DNA from: the human T2T-CHM13v2.0 reference genome, Homo sapiens
Direction: 5' to 3' (one strand)
Assembly (NCBI RefSeq): GCF_009914755.1
Contig: NC_060933.1
Length of the DNA: 64,000 bases
The notes beneath the pieces were generated by a model. The model was not told the DNA's origin. It worked only from the letters and a program-made list of their open reading frames with translations, and made no database searches. The stretch's first letter is position 1. The number at the start of each line of letters is the position of its first letter. Made by a program: the position numbers and the translations under genes. Positions 1 to 19,690 of the stretch are shown one piece after another.

Positions 1-55
1 GGAATGGCTAAATCCAACTAATTAATGTAACCATTACCTCACATACAAATTTTAT
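1..55 (-). mobile_element. L1MA-type 3' UTR fragment, cut by the window edge
   Basis: Reverse complement reads gtatgtgaggtaatggttacattaattagttggatttagccattcc, resembling the L1MA 3' end. Confidence 0.6.
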
Positions 56-444
56 TTTTAAGCATTATCAAAAAGTGAGTCCTTTCTATATCCTCATCTG
101 AAAGTGCCTCAGCAAGGAAAATATTTTTTTAAAAATTGGGAGGGTAGAAATATGATGATGGTTCTTAAACTATTATCAGAGGAATATGGACAAAGGGAGG
201 CAGAAGAATAGCCTGTTCTATGAAATTAGAATTGAGGGGCTCCATAATTGTTCTTCCTATTATGAGAGGTGTGTGAATGGAAATTTCAAAGAATTCCTAG
301 ATTATTAGATCAAGATTGTAGTTGGCTGTAGTTTCAAAGTTTCACTGTTTCTAAAAATTCTGTAGTAAATAGCCATCAGCTTGCATTTGAATATGCATAA
401 TAATTGTCCTTAGGAATGAAGGTGTCCCTCTCAATTTCTTCCTT

Positions 445-858
<414 letters not shown>

Positions 859-931
859 TCTCAACTTCTGATCCAACTTTTAAGTTTCAGTTCTTACTTG
901 ATCAATTGTCACAAAAGGATAATTGTATTAG

Positions 932-1234
<303 letters not shown>

Positions 1235-2404
1235 TCTGTTATGCTTTAGTTGTGAGAATGTGGGGAGTTGAGGGACCAGGTCCACTGGGCCTGTGGAAAG
1301 ACAACTGGGGTGCTAGAAGTAGTGGCTGTTTACCAACTGGTGGAGAAATACTTTGATATCTTAACAACTAGTATAGTAATTCTGAGACAAGCCAGATGAA
1401 TAGATGAATATCCATCTTGGATACATATGAGGTGCTAAACAATCCATTTTGAGTGTACTAAGCCCAGTTTGACTTTCTGGAAGTCATTTTTAAGGTTGAG
1501 CTCAATCAACAGGATGGAGTAAAGGATCACAGATGTGTGCTACACTCAAATGTGCGAGCAGAAAGAGTGCGAGGACTTCTCTTTCCTTGATTTTCTAGAG
1601 TCTTCATTGTTTTCTTCTCAACAGCGGGGTGTTAGGTGGGATGGGGCTGGGGGAATGGTCTTTGAGAAGATATAAGCAGGAAAGTTATCTGAAAGCAGCT
1701 TGCAGAAGGCTGGGGTATACGGATAGGGTCAGAGAGAGGCAAGAGACTGGGACATCAATCAGGATGCTCTTGTATGAATCCAGGTATAAGAGGATAAAGG
1801 CCTTAATTAGAGAAGGTGTAATAGAAATGGAAAGAAAGAGATAGATTGGAGAGAGGGAGGTTGTGGACTGTATCTAAGAGGCTTAGGTGATACAAATACC
1901 CACTGTCCACTATCCTAGCAGAGGAAAGAGTTTCCCACTATTGGCACCCAGTCAGTCCCAGCAGATAGAACTGCAAATACTACTTTTTCTTATCTCAGTT
2001 CATGAGGAGAGCTTTGTATCAAAGCTTGTTCGATCTTCCTAAGGCCCAGAAAGGAGAGAATGCCTTCAGAGAAGACCTAGAAAGTGGCAGAAGCATGAAA
2101 GAGACTTCTTCCTTATATTAGCTGCTTTCAGTCAGCGTTAGGAGTGTGTTGGAGGAGGCAAGGTTGGTGGCTTAGGGGGAGCTGGTGCAAGTAATGAGCC
2201 TGGCTGAGGCTGTGTCAGCATTTGTACACTGACTTAAGGTATACATGAACATTAAAAAGTAGAGTTATCTATTATAATATAGACGAAATGAGTTAAAGAA
2301 AAATGAAATTAAAAGCATAGAAGTTATATAGATGTGGCAAAATCTTGAAGGTGGTATGCACATCACTAAAGTTTGTGAAATGCTGATGTAAAGATGTAAT
2401 CATT

Positions 2405-2700
2405 GGCTGGGTGTGGTGGCTCACACCTGTAATCCCAGCAGTTTGGGAGGCCAAGGCAGGTGGATTACCTGAGGCCAGGAGTTTGAGACCAGCCTGGCCA
2501 ATATGGTGAAACCCCATCTCTACTAAAAATACAAAAATTAGCCAGGCGTGGTGGTGGGCACCTGTAATCGCAGCTACTCAGGAGGCTGAGGCAGGAGAAT
2601 CGCTTCAACTCAGGAAGTGGAGGTTGCAGTGAGCCAAGATCATGCCATTGCACTCTAGCCCGGGTAATAAGAGTGAAACTCCATTTCAAAAAAAAAAAAA
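2405..2700 (+). mobile_element. AluS (Sq-like)
   Basis: Starts ggctgggtgtggtggctcac, ends in poly-A; diverged TSD agatgtaatcat/agataaaatcat. Confidence 0.95.
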
Positions 2701-2800
2701 GAGAGATAAAATCATCAAATAAATCTGACTAGAACTTGGAGTCAAGAGACCCGAATTTAATTCATGACCATGAAACATCCATTTTAAAGCACTGATTTTT

Positions 2801-2915
2801 GACCGAGGGCAAGTGGCTCGTGCCTGTAATCCCAACACTTTGGGAGGCTGAGGCAGCAGGATCACTTGAACTCAGGAGTTCAAGACCAACCTGGGCAACA
2901 TAGGGAGACCCTATC

Positions 2916-2949
<34 letters not shown>

Positions 2950-3095
2950 AGCCAGGCCTGGTGGCCCACCCTATAGTCTCCTCTACTTAGGAGGCTCAAG
3001 CAGGGGCCCACTTGAGCCCAGGAGGTTGGAGCTGTAGTGAGCTGTGATTGCACCACAGCACTCCAGCCTGGGCGACAGAGCAAGACCCTATCACA
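2801..3095 (+). mobile_element. AluJ with an expanded mid-A linker
   Basis: Diverged Alu with J-type ends; run of about 29 A in the linker. Confidence 0.9.
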
Positions 3096-3925
3096 TACAC
3101 AATGTTAAAATAAAATAAAAAGACCAATTTTCGGTGTGGTAAAATGGGAAAATAATCACCAGTTCTTCTTATCTCTTAGTCTTGTCATGAGGTTCATTTT
3201 AGTCTCATTTGTTTATTTGCTCAACAAGCATTTATCAAATTTGGGCTGCCTGTTTGTAAGAAAGAGCTTTATAGTTAAAATAATTACTGGAAGGAGATAT
3301 AGGTTTTTGAAATTTTTTCACAATGACCTGATATGTAAGTTTAAACTCTTGAGGGTGACCCTCATTTCCAAAGATCGCCAGAATAGATTTGAATTAAAAT
3401 GAGATGTTTCCTTTCTCCAGCAAATATGAAATGAGTGTTAGTAGATAAGGGCATTAACATTAGAAATAGAAGGTGTCATTTTTCATTTAGTAACTTGAAC
3501 ACATAGAAAATCCACCTTTAACACATTATTATTGTTTATAAAGTGTTGGCAATACACATGGTACCTTGCAAAGTAGAAGTAGAAATGACAAGATCCTTTC
3601 CCCAAGGAGCTCAGATCATAACATTGTTGAACAAATCTACACAGCACAGCAGTATTGTGCATAATTGAGCTGATATGGTGGGAGAGGTCAGACTAGGGCT
3701 GTGGGCTGAAGATGTATAAAATGAGCCATTTGAAGCCAGGGGTTTGGGTGCTGGAAAGGCAGGAGGAAGGGTGTGCTTCAGACTGCTCCATGGTATCAAA
3801 TAAAAAGTGTAGACAAAACAGGAACATAGAAATGTGAGTCAAGTGTGCCCACTTTTTGAGAAGTTGCTCAAAAAGAGTGCATTAGACTTGATTTCTTTTC
3901 TCCCTTGTCATTTTAAGCAGCAGCC

Positions 3926-4646
<721 letters not shown>

Positions 4647-4852
4647 AAGCCCTTGGAAACTTCTTTGCCTGAGCTGCACCAATGAACATAGTTTTCTTCA
4701 TGTCTGGTTTATAGATGAAGGATGAGAGTGGGCAGCAGGATATGCTGCCAGGGATGTTCGATAGCAGGGTTCACAGTAAGGGGGAAAGTCACAGTCTATA
4801 TAGGTTTTGGCAATAGGACAACAAGTGCGGTGAAAAAGGGAAAGTTGTCTGA

Positions 4853-5172
<320 letters not shown>

Positions 5173-5379
5173 TTAAATCCCCATGATGTTTTATGCTTGG
5201 CATTGATCATGCAGCCCTGCATGCTAATGGAGCTGTCAGAGTAAGTCCTTTGCCCTTTGCCTAACGTTATCTCCACCACTGTGTGTTTACCCTCTTGTAG
5301 CCAGAGTTGGTATTAAATCATCATGACGTCCTTTCCAATACACTTCTGAGTCCTCTAATTTTCTCGTAGTTTGAGTTGT

Positions 5380-5585
5380 AATAATAACAACTAATATTTG
5401 TTGCACACTTAGTCTCTGCCAGGCAGTGTTCAAAGCACTTTACATATAATACCTCTCTTATTCCTTATGAAAAGAATTAGTAGAAAACTCCACTTTGTAG
5501 GTGAAGAAATGGAAGCTCAAAAAGATTAAGGGATTTGCTCATGGTCACTCAGCTATTAAGTGGTAGAGTGGGATTTGAGCTCAAC
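5380..5585 (-). mobile_element. MIR
   Basis: Reverse MIR core (ttgtaggtgaagaaatggaagctc...gctcatggtcactcagcta). Confidence 0.75.
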
Positions 5586-6201
5586 TTTTCTTGTCTCTGT
5601 CCTTCTTTTTGACCACCTAACTACTACTGGCTCCCAGGAGGCCTCATTGAAGCTGGAAAGAGGTGGGGATTGGGAAAAATGGAATTGCAGACTCAGAAGC
5701 ACCTCATAACATCATCCCTTCTTATTGCCCACTCCCAGAAAGCATCCCCTGGATGTCATCTTTGACAATTGTCACTTTGCTTCTCCTCAGACACTACAGG
5801 TGATCCAGAATGTGGTGCCACATGAGGCAACCTAGTCCATTTTTAGACAGCAGTGATTGTCACCCAGTTTTCCCATATTTTGAACAGAAATAATTTATCT
5901 CCCTAACTTCACCTACTTGTCCTAGTTCTGTTTTCTGGAGCTCTACCAAATAAAACTATTTTTCTTCTGATGGATAAATTTAAGTATTTGTAGATGCCAG
6001 GGAATTTGGAACAGTTTCCTACTACACCCCAAGCTCCTTTCCCTATTTGCAGAAGAAATGCAGGGGTTCATTCTCCACTTGGGCCAGTGCTTTGCGTTCA
6101 TTTCTGTGAGCAGCTTATTATGTGTGCCTATTAACCCAGAAGGACACAATTGTGCATAGGAAAGTAGCTTTGTTTTACGGTTCAATTGATTGGAACAATA
6201 A

Positions 6202-6543
<342 letters not shown>

Positions 6544-7361
6544 CATAGTTTATTATTTTACTTAATTTTTTCAAGACATTGGCTTTGAGTATGGCCCTGT
6601 TAGGCCCTGGTGTTAAAATGTTAGACAAGTCATTTATGTCTTTTGTGAAAACAGGGCTAAAATGTAATGGGAAAAAAAAGTGCAGTAGTTTTGGGTGTCA
6701 CATGAGGGAGGGCCTTGAAAGAGCAAGGAGGTGCCCGGCATGGGCTCCCTGGGTGGAGGGTGAAGCACTGGATACTTTCAAGGACCAGTAGGCTGGTACC
6801 ATCAAGGGAAATAACAAAATGGGATCAATTTGGCAATGATTTGTGGTACTTCTGGTTCAATTTGAAGAGGGGTGAAGATTACAGAGTACATACAGATGAA
6901 ATTATTTCTGTTAAATTAGGCATAATAGTTATGGAAGTTGTGAGTTGTTTATGTCTTATTTGCATTCTTGATAAAAATTTCCAGGAGGCCCAGGGAGTTC
7001 TGTGTTTCAGTGAAACCCTTGCAATTTATGAAGACTATTTCATCTTTAGGATCTTGTTACCAGAACTGACTCTCTTTTTCTTGGGGAAAGGGTGCCTCCC
7101 CTTCCTCTGGTGGATTTCACTATTTTGTGTTGAAAAGTAAATTTGCCTAAACTTGGTAGGCCACTCCCAGACATATGACTGTGGGAAGGATCCTTCCTCT
7201 TTTGAAGCTTGAATTTCCTCATCTGTCAACTAAGGTTCTTTCCAGCTCTGAGGATCATAAGCCCTCTTCTTATTTTGGTGTGATGTTTTCCTGATATATA
7301 AAGGCCCAGTAATGTGATATATAATGTGCCATCAATGACACATTCTCCTGGCAACATCTAT

Positions 7362-8543
<1,182 letters not shown>

Positions 8544-8582
8544 AGTTGTCTGTTTTATAGGGTCAATTAATCATGAAAGTCA

Positions 8583-8585
<3 letters not shown>

Positions 8586-8648
<63 letters not shown>

Positions 8649-8929
8649 AGACACAGTCTTGCTCTGTTGCTCAGGCTGGAGTGCAGTGGTGCCATCTGGG
8701 CTCACTGCAAGCTCCGCCTCCCGGGTTCATGCCATTCTCTTGCCTCAGCCTCCTGAGTAGCTGGGACCACAGGCACCTGCTACCATACCCGGCTAATATT
8801 TTTGTATTTTTAGTAAAGATGGGGTTTCACTGTGTTAGCCAGGATAGTCTCAATCTTGTGACCTCGTGATCCACCCGCCTAGTCCTCCCAAAGTGCTGGG
8901 ATTACAGGCATGAGCCACCGCACCCAGCC
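8586..8929 (-). mobile_element. AluY with a poly-T/(TA)n tail
   Basis: Y-type diagnostics gcaagctccgcc, gccattctc, ttagccaggat. Confidence 0.93.
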
Positions 8930-10019
8930 TTATTTGTGTATATTTTAATGAACTCCTTAATGCTCTTTAGTGACCAACTTTTTCATTTGATTTGCATTTT
9001 TGTTTCACAGGGGTTTCAGTCATTAAAATAAAGGTGGTTTTTAAAAATTCAATCTATTTATTATACTTATGAGTGGAACTCCAAATTTCAGAGGCTGAAA
9101 TAACTCTCATTATCCTGGTAAGCTACCTGAATGCAGCAAATTTTGAGTTTGAGCACACACTAGGAGACAGAGCTATTGAACTGTGCACTGCTTACTCCTA
9201 ATACTGACTCCTAGTTCTCAGCCACAAACTCCATCTGCAAGATTAAATAGCTGGCATTTATTTACTGGTGCCCAATAGGGGGAAGGAATTGTGGCACAAG
9301 AAAAGTAGCATCAGCAGTCTTTGGGGGCTTAAAATTAATGGATTTTTTTCTACCATGCTGTGTTCCAAAATTAATCTGGTTTCTGCCTGCGATGAACTGA
9401 CACAGACTGTTGTTTTATGGTTATTTAAGGCACAGAATTTACCCTCCACAATTAGGCTTTACCCTACTCTTCCATTATAAGATTGAACAACATGATCCCC
9501 TGTTTGTATCTTTGAAAGCTATGAGCTGAGGTGCCCATTAGCCCCAGTATACTCACTCCTCTGCCTGACTGCTACTAGGTCTTTTGGAATTGATAGACTT
9601 AAAAACTGTGTCTCCAACACATTGTTACGCTTGCTGGGGGAAAGTGAATACCATTTAAGATACTCCTACATAACCAATGCTACTACAGTTTTACATAGTT
9701 CTTTCAGAATTCAGTTTCATTGTATCCTTCATCTTATCTGATAACTTTCTCTTGCTAATTTTCTGAAAGTTTTCCAAGCTCAAACTTAGAATGTTTAGTC
9801 TATTAGCTCTTTATGGTAGAGGTGACAAAAAATGACTGGGGATGGAAGGGACCTTATGGTGAGACTGAAAAGTCATTTCAGTCAAACATGGGTTTTGAGC
9901 TTGTGTCTTCTTTCATAATAAGGAAGAGATTTCCACTCTACTGATGTTGGTTGGTATTAGTGTCCCAGGTATGAACTACACTCTTTTATATTTGGATAAC
10001 AGTTCAAGGCAGAAGATAA

Positions 10020-10470
<451 letters not shown>

Positions 10471-11743
10471 TAATGCAATAAAAATAGAAAACCTGATCTG
10501 GTGGAAATGGGATCATAGCATGGAATCTTGAAAATTTGTTTTATTTATTAAGCACTCTCACATAAGTTACTGCATTTATTTCTCAAAACAATTCTATGAG
10601 TATAGTTATTATTATACCCATGTATCAAGGATCATACCCTTGTTTAGAATACCTTGCAATTCATCTTCACCTCATGTCTATAGGTCTTTTCTGCCTTCAG
10701 ATCAGAAGACACTTAGAAGATAAAGCTTTAAGTTTTAAATTTTTAGGTATTCCCATGAAGTACCTATAACAATATGATGATGAAGCCATTCTGACTCAAA
10801 GGCTCAGGGATTTGCCAAAGATCCCACAATTGGTGAATTGCAGACTCAGAGATTCAAACATTTGCCTAGGCTAATAATATTCTTTCTGTTACATCATAAC
10901 TGGTTTCCTGAAATCCTTGTAAACACTTATAAACTTATTGTATTCTGTTTTTTATTTTATGTTATTACATTTTGTATGTCATGTATATTATACTGTATGA
11001 CTTTTATTAGATTCATATGCGTGACAGCTTAGTAAGTTGACCTGAAGATGCTAGTGGTGCTCACTTACTTCTTTCTCCCTGAGTGGACACTATTTAAAGG
11101 AAGCAAAGCAATGTTCTGCACCCATAAGATCTTCCTATCAAGATAGGGAAATTAGGCATACAGATTTGGAGTACAGAAAAATTCCTACTAATTCCTATGT
11201 GGTTGATCTTTCAGACTGAAATTTTACGTTAGAGAGGAGTTTCATTATTATTATGCAACCATGACCAAAGTAACATTCCCTTCTCTCTTCCAACCTTCCC
11301 CAATCTGGGAGTTTCAGGGTATTACCCTGCATTCTTTTCTAGGCTCTCAGACATTATGTTGTAGGAAGCTAAGTGAAGGAACCCCTGAAATGTGAACAAT
11401 TTTGGCTCTGAAGTTATTTCCCTAAACTATGCAAAGAAAAACAATAGGAAAGATTTTCTAATCTTTTGGCTCTTAGTCCTCTCCTAAGTGGGGAACTGAA
11501 TCATTCTGAGTAGTGTATAAAATTAATTATCGTGGCAAGAGTGTTGCCAAGCTTGTGGATTCCCAGAGATTGAGGGTGGGGTGATTTTTGCCTTCCAGCC
11601 ATACTCATATTTTTTCATAAATATGTTTAAAAAGTACCCACGAGCTGTTTTCGTTTTCACTCCTATCATGTCCTCAATGTGGGTCCCAAGGAAATTGACT
11701 TTACTGGGTCTTAATTTTCCTTAAAATAATGCACTTATTCATT

Positions 11744-12031
11744 TATTTTTTTGAGACACAGTCTCCCTCTGTCACCCAGGCTGGAGTGCTGTGGTACAAT
11801 CTCAGCTCACTGCAACCTCTGCCTCCCCAGCTCAAGCTATCCTCCTGCCTCAGCCTCCTGAGTAGCACCACAGGTACACCACCACACCTGGCTAAATTTT
11901 TTGTATTTTTGGTAGAGACTGGGTTTCATCATGTTGCTCAGGCTAGTCTGGAACTCGTGAGCTCAAGTGATCCACCTGCCTTGGCCACCCAGAGTGCTGG
12001 GATTTCAGGCATGGACCACCGCATCTGCAGC
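11744..12031 (-). mobile_element. AluJ-like
   Basis: Diverged Alu with ctcaagctatcctcc and gagctcaagtgatcc. Confidence 0.9.
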
Positions 12032-12589
12032 TATTACTGCTGATAGATCTGACTCTCCACCAATGCTGCAGATGTGAAGCTGATACTAAAGAACGTTGAA
12101 TTTAAAGTCTATTTACCCTTATTTCAAAAACATTCTTTTTGTGGTTCTTTGAAATAGCAATCTCTCTTAATGTATTTAAGCCTTTTCTTACAGAGAGAGA
12201 GGAATAGAAGAGAGAGAAAGAGAAACACTAGGGAGGAATGATCTGTCAATAATTACATATCATTTATTTATCTGTCAACAATAAACTTAAGAATTAAGAG
12301 CCATTGTCAACAAAATATTCTTTGAAAACAAAGTGAAATCATTTCTGAAAACATGAAAATTTAGCATGATTTATGATGCAAACTATTGACATTTGATTTA
12401 TATCTAATAGCTGAAAAATACTTATCTTGTATACATACTTGCTGATAAAGGTTTAGAATTTTGGGATACTATGAAAAATCATGACACGGAAATAATATTT
12501 AGTGCTGCAGAAATAAGAGTAGAGAACTTCCAATATGAGCCTCCCTCTCTGTCAATGCTTTATCCACAAAGGATGTAATATGATGCCTT

Positions 12590-12804
12590 GGTTATGAGCC
12601 TGGATGCTGAGACAGCCTACTTGTTTTGTGTTCTACTTTTGCTCCTCTTACTACCTGTGTGACTTTGGTCAACTCACTTAACTCCCCTTGCCTTGGTAAA
12701 ATAGGGTTCCTATTAATATTTACCCCATAGAATTATCCTGATGATTTAACAATGTATGCAGAATAGTGTTTGATATAAAGTAATTGCCCAATAAATGCTA
12801 ATTA
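12590..12804 (+). mobile_element. MIR
   Basis: ttactacctgtgtgactttggtcaactcacttaac...aataaatgctaatt. Confidence 0.7.
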
Positions 12805-12967
12805 TTATTATTATTTTTAAATTTTACTTTAAGTTCTGGGATACATGTGCAGAATGTGCAGGTTTGTTACATAGGTATACATGTGCCACGGTCCTTTGCT
12901 GCACCTATCAACCTGTCATCTAGGTTTTAAGCCCTGCATGCATTAGATATTTGTCCTAATGCTCTCC
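12805..12967 (-). mobile_element. L1PA 3' end fragment (older, about PA8-10)
   Basis: ttttactttaagttctgggatacatgtgcagaatgtgcaggtttgttacataggtatacatgtgcc. Confidence 0.88.
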
Positions 12968-13211
12968 ATGTTGATAAGTAAAAATTCCATTACATCCCTG
13001 GTCAATTTTTTTTTTTTCATCTTAAAGTTACAACTGGCTACTTTCTTTAAAGTTTAGAAGTACATTTTTTATTTTAAAAGTAATGAATGTGTATTATAAA
13101 AAACTAGAAAATTTAGAAAAGTATTAGAAAATAGAGAAAATCACCCATAATTTAATTATTCATGGTGAATTTTTTCCCATCATTTTTTTCTATTTTTTTA
13201 ACCTCTTCTAG

Positions 13212-13540
<329 letters not shown>

Positions 13541-13954
13541 TTGTAGTACTATTTAATCTGTTGGCCTTTCTACAGAATCCCAGATATAATACGCTTCTAT
13601 TTGTAATACCTGGCTTTGTTTCAGGGGTGCTATTTTTTCTACGCCCCATCTCCCTCTTCATCCTCAACCCTGAAATTTCTGATGCAGGCTGAGAACATTA
13701 GAGTCTGGAATAAATGAGTATCTTTAGGAGTGCCAGACATTGCTTCTAAGTGAAAAACATTTCCTTCCATATACATTTACTTGACTAGATCTTTGAAGAA
13801 GCCCAGTGGTAGTTATAATTCCCAGTCTTTTCTAGTAACCAGCAATAACTTTCAGATACTTTTTTCTCCTGTAACATTCTTCCTGTAAATACTACGCACA
13901 GATCACTTAATGTGGCAGTAGATCATAACATTTTAATTTTTAAGCTCAGTGACA

Positions 13955-14480
13955 GAATTGTCAGGTGGTTAATGAACCGAAGTTTTGTGTCCATTTGGCC
14001 TGGGATTAAGCTCCAGTTTATCACACTTATCAGTGACGTGATCTTACAGAGGACATTTTATCTCTCCAAGACATAGTCTGGTTTTTAAAAAATGTAGATA
14101 ATAATGGGATTCCATCAATCATGGTGCATGTTGTGAGGGTTAAGTGAGATGATGGTACAGAGGTTATGAGCACAGACTCTGGACCCAGTCTGCCTGGATT
14201 CAAGTCCCGCTGCTGCTGCTTAGTGGCAGTGTAATCTTGGGCAGGTTTCTAGACTTCCCTGAGTTTCTGATTGCTATGTTAAATGCGGATAATGACAGTT
14301 CCTATTTTGTAAAGTTGCTATGAGAATTAAGTAAGTTAATGCATGCAATACATGTAAAACACTCATAATAAGGACTAGCTCATGGTAAGTGCTCAGCTGA
14401 TGGTAGTTGTTGTTGTTATTTTATTTTATTATTTTTATTGGCATTTATAAAGCCTGGCCCATAGTAAGTTCTTGGCAGAT
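13955..14480 (+). mobile_element. Nested MIR elements
   Basis: Two MIR cores, e.g. gagcacagactctggacccagtctgcctggattcaagtccc. Confidence 0.75.
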
Positions 14481-15105
14481 TGTCTGTTCTTATGACTTGT
14501 CTGGACTTGTCAATGTCCTCTGTCCTTTTTTTTTTTGATGGCTACCTTATTAGGATAGATAAATAGGGCCTTGCCTTAAAGTGAACACTGGAAACCTTTG
14601 AAATTTGCAAGTCGAGAAGAGTAGTTGTTATCAATAACTATTCACAAGATCAAATGGATTTTTTCTTTTCGCCACTTACTCTCCATCAGCTAGAAAAAGA
14701 AAGGGACACTCTTCCCATTGCCCATGCATATTTCTCCAGGAGAGGACAAGAGCCTGAACACCTGGACCCAAAAAGATACTTAACCTCTATTTCTACTTCA
14801 ATAGAAATACAACATTTATTCTTATTTTTTTCTTTCTAAGAAAAAGAAGAGCTCAGAATTTTCAGCAATTCCAGTTTGAGAAATTTTTTTTCCTAAAGAA
14901 AATAGAAAATATTTGCTGCTTGAGTCTCCATCTTATGCATATAAGAAATTTGGTATAAAAATATATTGCTTGCTGAGGAAGACATTTAACTCAGAACCCT
15001 GCATGCTGAAAAAACTGGGAGCATATGATGATAACAGAAGTAATCATTTTGGGGCAAGTAATTCTGGTGTTCTGTTTTTCATTTTTTTTGTTGTTGTTGT
15101 AGTAG

Positions 15106-15418
15106 ATTTTTTATTTTTTATTTGTATTTTTTGAGACAGAGTCTCACTCTGTTGCCCAGGCTGGAGTGCAGTGGCACAGTTTTGGCTTACTGCAACCTCT
15201 GTCTCCTGGGTTCAGTTGATTCTCATGCCTCAGCCCCCTGAGTAGCTGGGACTACAGGTGTGTGCCATCACACCTGGCAATTTTTTAAAAATATTTTTAG
15301 TGGAGACAGGGTTTCCTTATGTTGGCCATGCTGGTCTCGAACTCCTGACCTCAGGTGATTCGCCAGCCTTGGCTTCCCAAAGTGTTGGGATTACAGGCGT
15401 GAGCCACCGCGCCTGGCC
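15106..15418 (-). mobile_element. AluS
   Basis: Full Alu; TSD core gtagattt. Confidence 0.95.
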
Positions 15419-16450
15419 TTTTGCTGTAGATTTGATAAGATATTGGTATTTAACAGAAGGAACAGAAATATGGTAGATGATCATTGTTCCATGCCATTCA
15501 TTTGTATCTATACTGGTACATCATGCACCACATACAAAAAAACTGTAACTACAGGTAGTTGATCTGAAGACCAGTTAGTACAGAGTAGGTCTTTTTCTCT
15601 GAAGTAATGACAGAAAGGATTTCATTGTATTTCATTTCAGAAATAGAATTTGTGATGGATTAGACAAGTGCTGGGCTGGAGCTTTTATTTTTAATAATTT
15701 TTATTCAATTTCTGCCATGTGCCAGCTGCTTTCACAAATGCCATTTTGCCACATAGTCTATGAAAAAAGAATTAGTTATGCAAATTAATAATATAAAAAG
15801 AAGTGTAGGGAACATATTAAGTCCCTACCGGGGGCATATTACTCCTATATGATTTAAAATAAATGCATATTTCCTTACATGTTATTAAGATTCAGAATTT
15901 AGTATTTCAGATTTGTCTACCTCCATGAGATTGGACTTTAACATGTGATCATTGGAGGTAATTTCTTATGGTAATATACATCTAGATAAATGTGTTCTAA
16001 GCACAGGTCAAGCCCCAGTTTTACCACATACTAACCAAGCCTCATTTTCCTATTTATAAGACTAGAATAATAATGCCTACCATCAGGGTTATTTTCAGGA
16101 TTATGGTACATAATATATGAAAAACCAACCTGTAAGGTGATATACAAGTATTAGGTATCATAAATAATCAAATATTTAAAATATTATCAGCTTGAACTAG
16201 CTGCTTGAATCAAATACTTTTTATCTACCCCGGACCTTAGTTACAGATTGAATGTGCACCAAGTGCATTTCACTGAGTATGGGGTTTCTCATTTACATTC
16301 AATATTTCTTTTTGGGCAAGACTATTAATAAGAAGATAATAACTGTGCATATAGATATTTAAGTTAATACTAACATAGGAAACTACACTTGGTAATAATA
16401 CATAGTAAGAGAAAAAAGAAAGAATAAGATATTACAAGGACTTGTTCTAA

Positions 16451-16946
<496 letters not shown>

Positions 16947-17104
16947 TGAAGCAGACTGGCTAAGCTCATGGAATCAGACTTTGCTTCACTAACCTTGGGC
17001 AAATTATCCTGTCCCAGACTCGAGTTATTCACCTGTAAAATGGAAATGATGTAGCACTTTCTTCTAAGAAGAAGGTAAGGATTACACGACAAGTAAAGCT
17101 ACAC

Positions 17105-17801
<697 letters not shown>

Positions 17802-17824
17802 TGAAATATATATATGTATATATC

Positions 17825-18344
17825 TATTCAGTTTATAGCTTTCTATTGCTATATAAGAAATTATCAAAAGTCTACCAACTCAATTGGGTCCCCTGCTTAG
17901 AGTCTCACAAGGCTGAAATCAAGGTGTTAGCCAGGCTCTCATTTGGAGGCTCTGGGAAAAAATCCACCTCCTGCCTCTTTGAGGTTGTTAATTATTTTGT
18001 GGTTATAGGATGAATGTTCTTGTTGGCTGGGGGTTGTTGTCAGCTCTTCGAGATCAGATCCTTTCCATGTGGTCCCTTCCATCGCTCCATTTTGAAGTCA
18101 GTAAGGTACACTGAGTCCTTTTTGCACTTTGAATTTCTGATGTTCCCTTTTGCTATGAGGTCTGCTACTAAGGGCTCATGGGTTTAGGTCAAGCTCACCT
18201 GATAATCTCCCTTGTGATGAACTCAAAGTCAACTGGTTAGCAATCTTGATTACATTGTAAAATCCATTTTCTAGTAATGTAACATAATTACAAGTATAAC
18301 AGAGAACAGAGATCATGGGGACATCTTAGAATTCTGCCTTCCAC
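17825..18344 (-). mobile_element. MLT1D/E-type MaLR LTR
   Basis: ctcacaaggctgaaatcaaggtgttagccagg...ggggacatcttagaattctgccttccaca. Confidence 0.8.
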
Positions 18345-18722
18345 ATTTAAAATATGAAATTATGCAACACTTTTTCTTCTGAAAGCTTTTCGTCTCTTCC
18401 ATGCTGTGCAGATGTTTCTCATTAAATATACATAAAACCTTTTTAATTGCCTTTTTAGTGCTGAATAATATTCTTTTGTAAAGGTCTATCATAATTTAAC
18501 AATCTCTCTACTGATGTCTGTTTAAATTGCTTCCATTTTTAAATTATGAACGTTGCTGTCATATCAAGACTGCTGCTCTACCTTGACTAATTATCTCTTT
18601 AAGATAAATGCTAGTTGAGGAATTGCTGATCAAAGGGTGTACACATTTAAAATATTGGTATATATTTCCAATCTGCCCCCTGGAAAAGTTGTATCAACTT
18701 ACATTCCTGTTAACAGTTTCTT

Positions 18723-19005
<283 letters not shown>

Positions 19006-19205
19006 TTATTAAGATTGCTTGTTTCCCTACATACACTCTTGCCAACACTGGATTCTCACAATTCTTTTAATGTTCACTAACATAGAGATGAGGCATATCC
19101 TATTCTCTACTTACTATTTCTTGATTATTTGTGGGATTGAACATCTTTCCCTGCTTTTATTATCCACATATGTTGCTTCATTTGAGAACTGTCAGTCATT
19201 TTCTT

Positions 19206-19690
19206 TGTCAGGGTTCTTAGTTATAAGCAACAAAAACCAACTATAGTTAACCTAGGTAGAAACAGATTTTGCTGGAAGGATATGGGAGAGCTTAGAGAAT
19301 CGATGAGAAGGTTGGAGAACCAGGCTTGGTAAAGGAGGGCTAGGCACTGGGAAATGCAATACATCTAATACCACAAGAGAGGACAGTTAATATGTTGTCA
19401 TTGGTATCCTGTCTACAACCTACCACTGCTGTCTTGGAACACTCAACACTACTGTGAATAAGTTCTCACTTGCTCCCGTCTTTTCACCATTCCTCAAGAC
19501 TCAGAGTCCCAGGTGGAGGCACTTGACTGACTGAGTCTATGTCAGATGTCTGAACGGGATAGTCAATGGATGAGTGGGGGATTCTCTGGCCCCTTTGGCT
19601 TCTATAGTAGAAAATGGGGGCTTACTTTCTACCAATACTTGCCTGCATTAGACGGCCATTCAGATGCTGGGTAGCCCACCCTCAAAAAGA
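19206..19690 (-). mobile_element. Old MLT1 (K/L-type) LTR
   Basis: tgtcagggttcttagttataagcaacaaaaaccaact resembles an old MLT1 terminus. Confidence 0.55.

Noticed and set aside
6715-7140. 141-aa ORF in non-Alu sequence
   Set aside because: Non-ATG start, no recognisable domain and no convincing exon boundaries.
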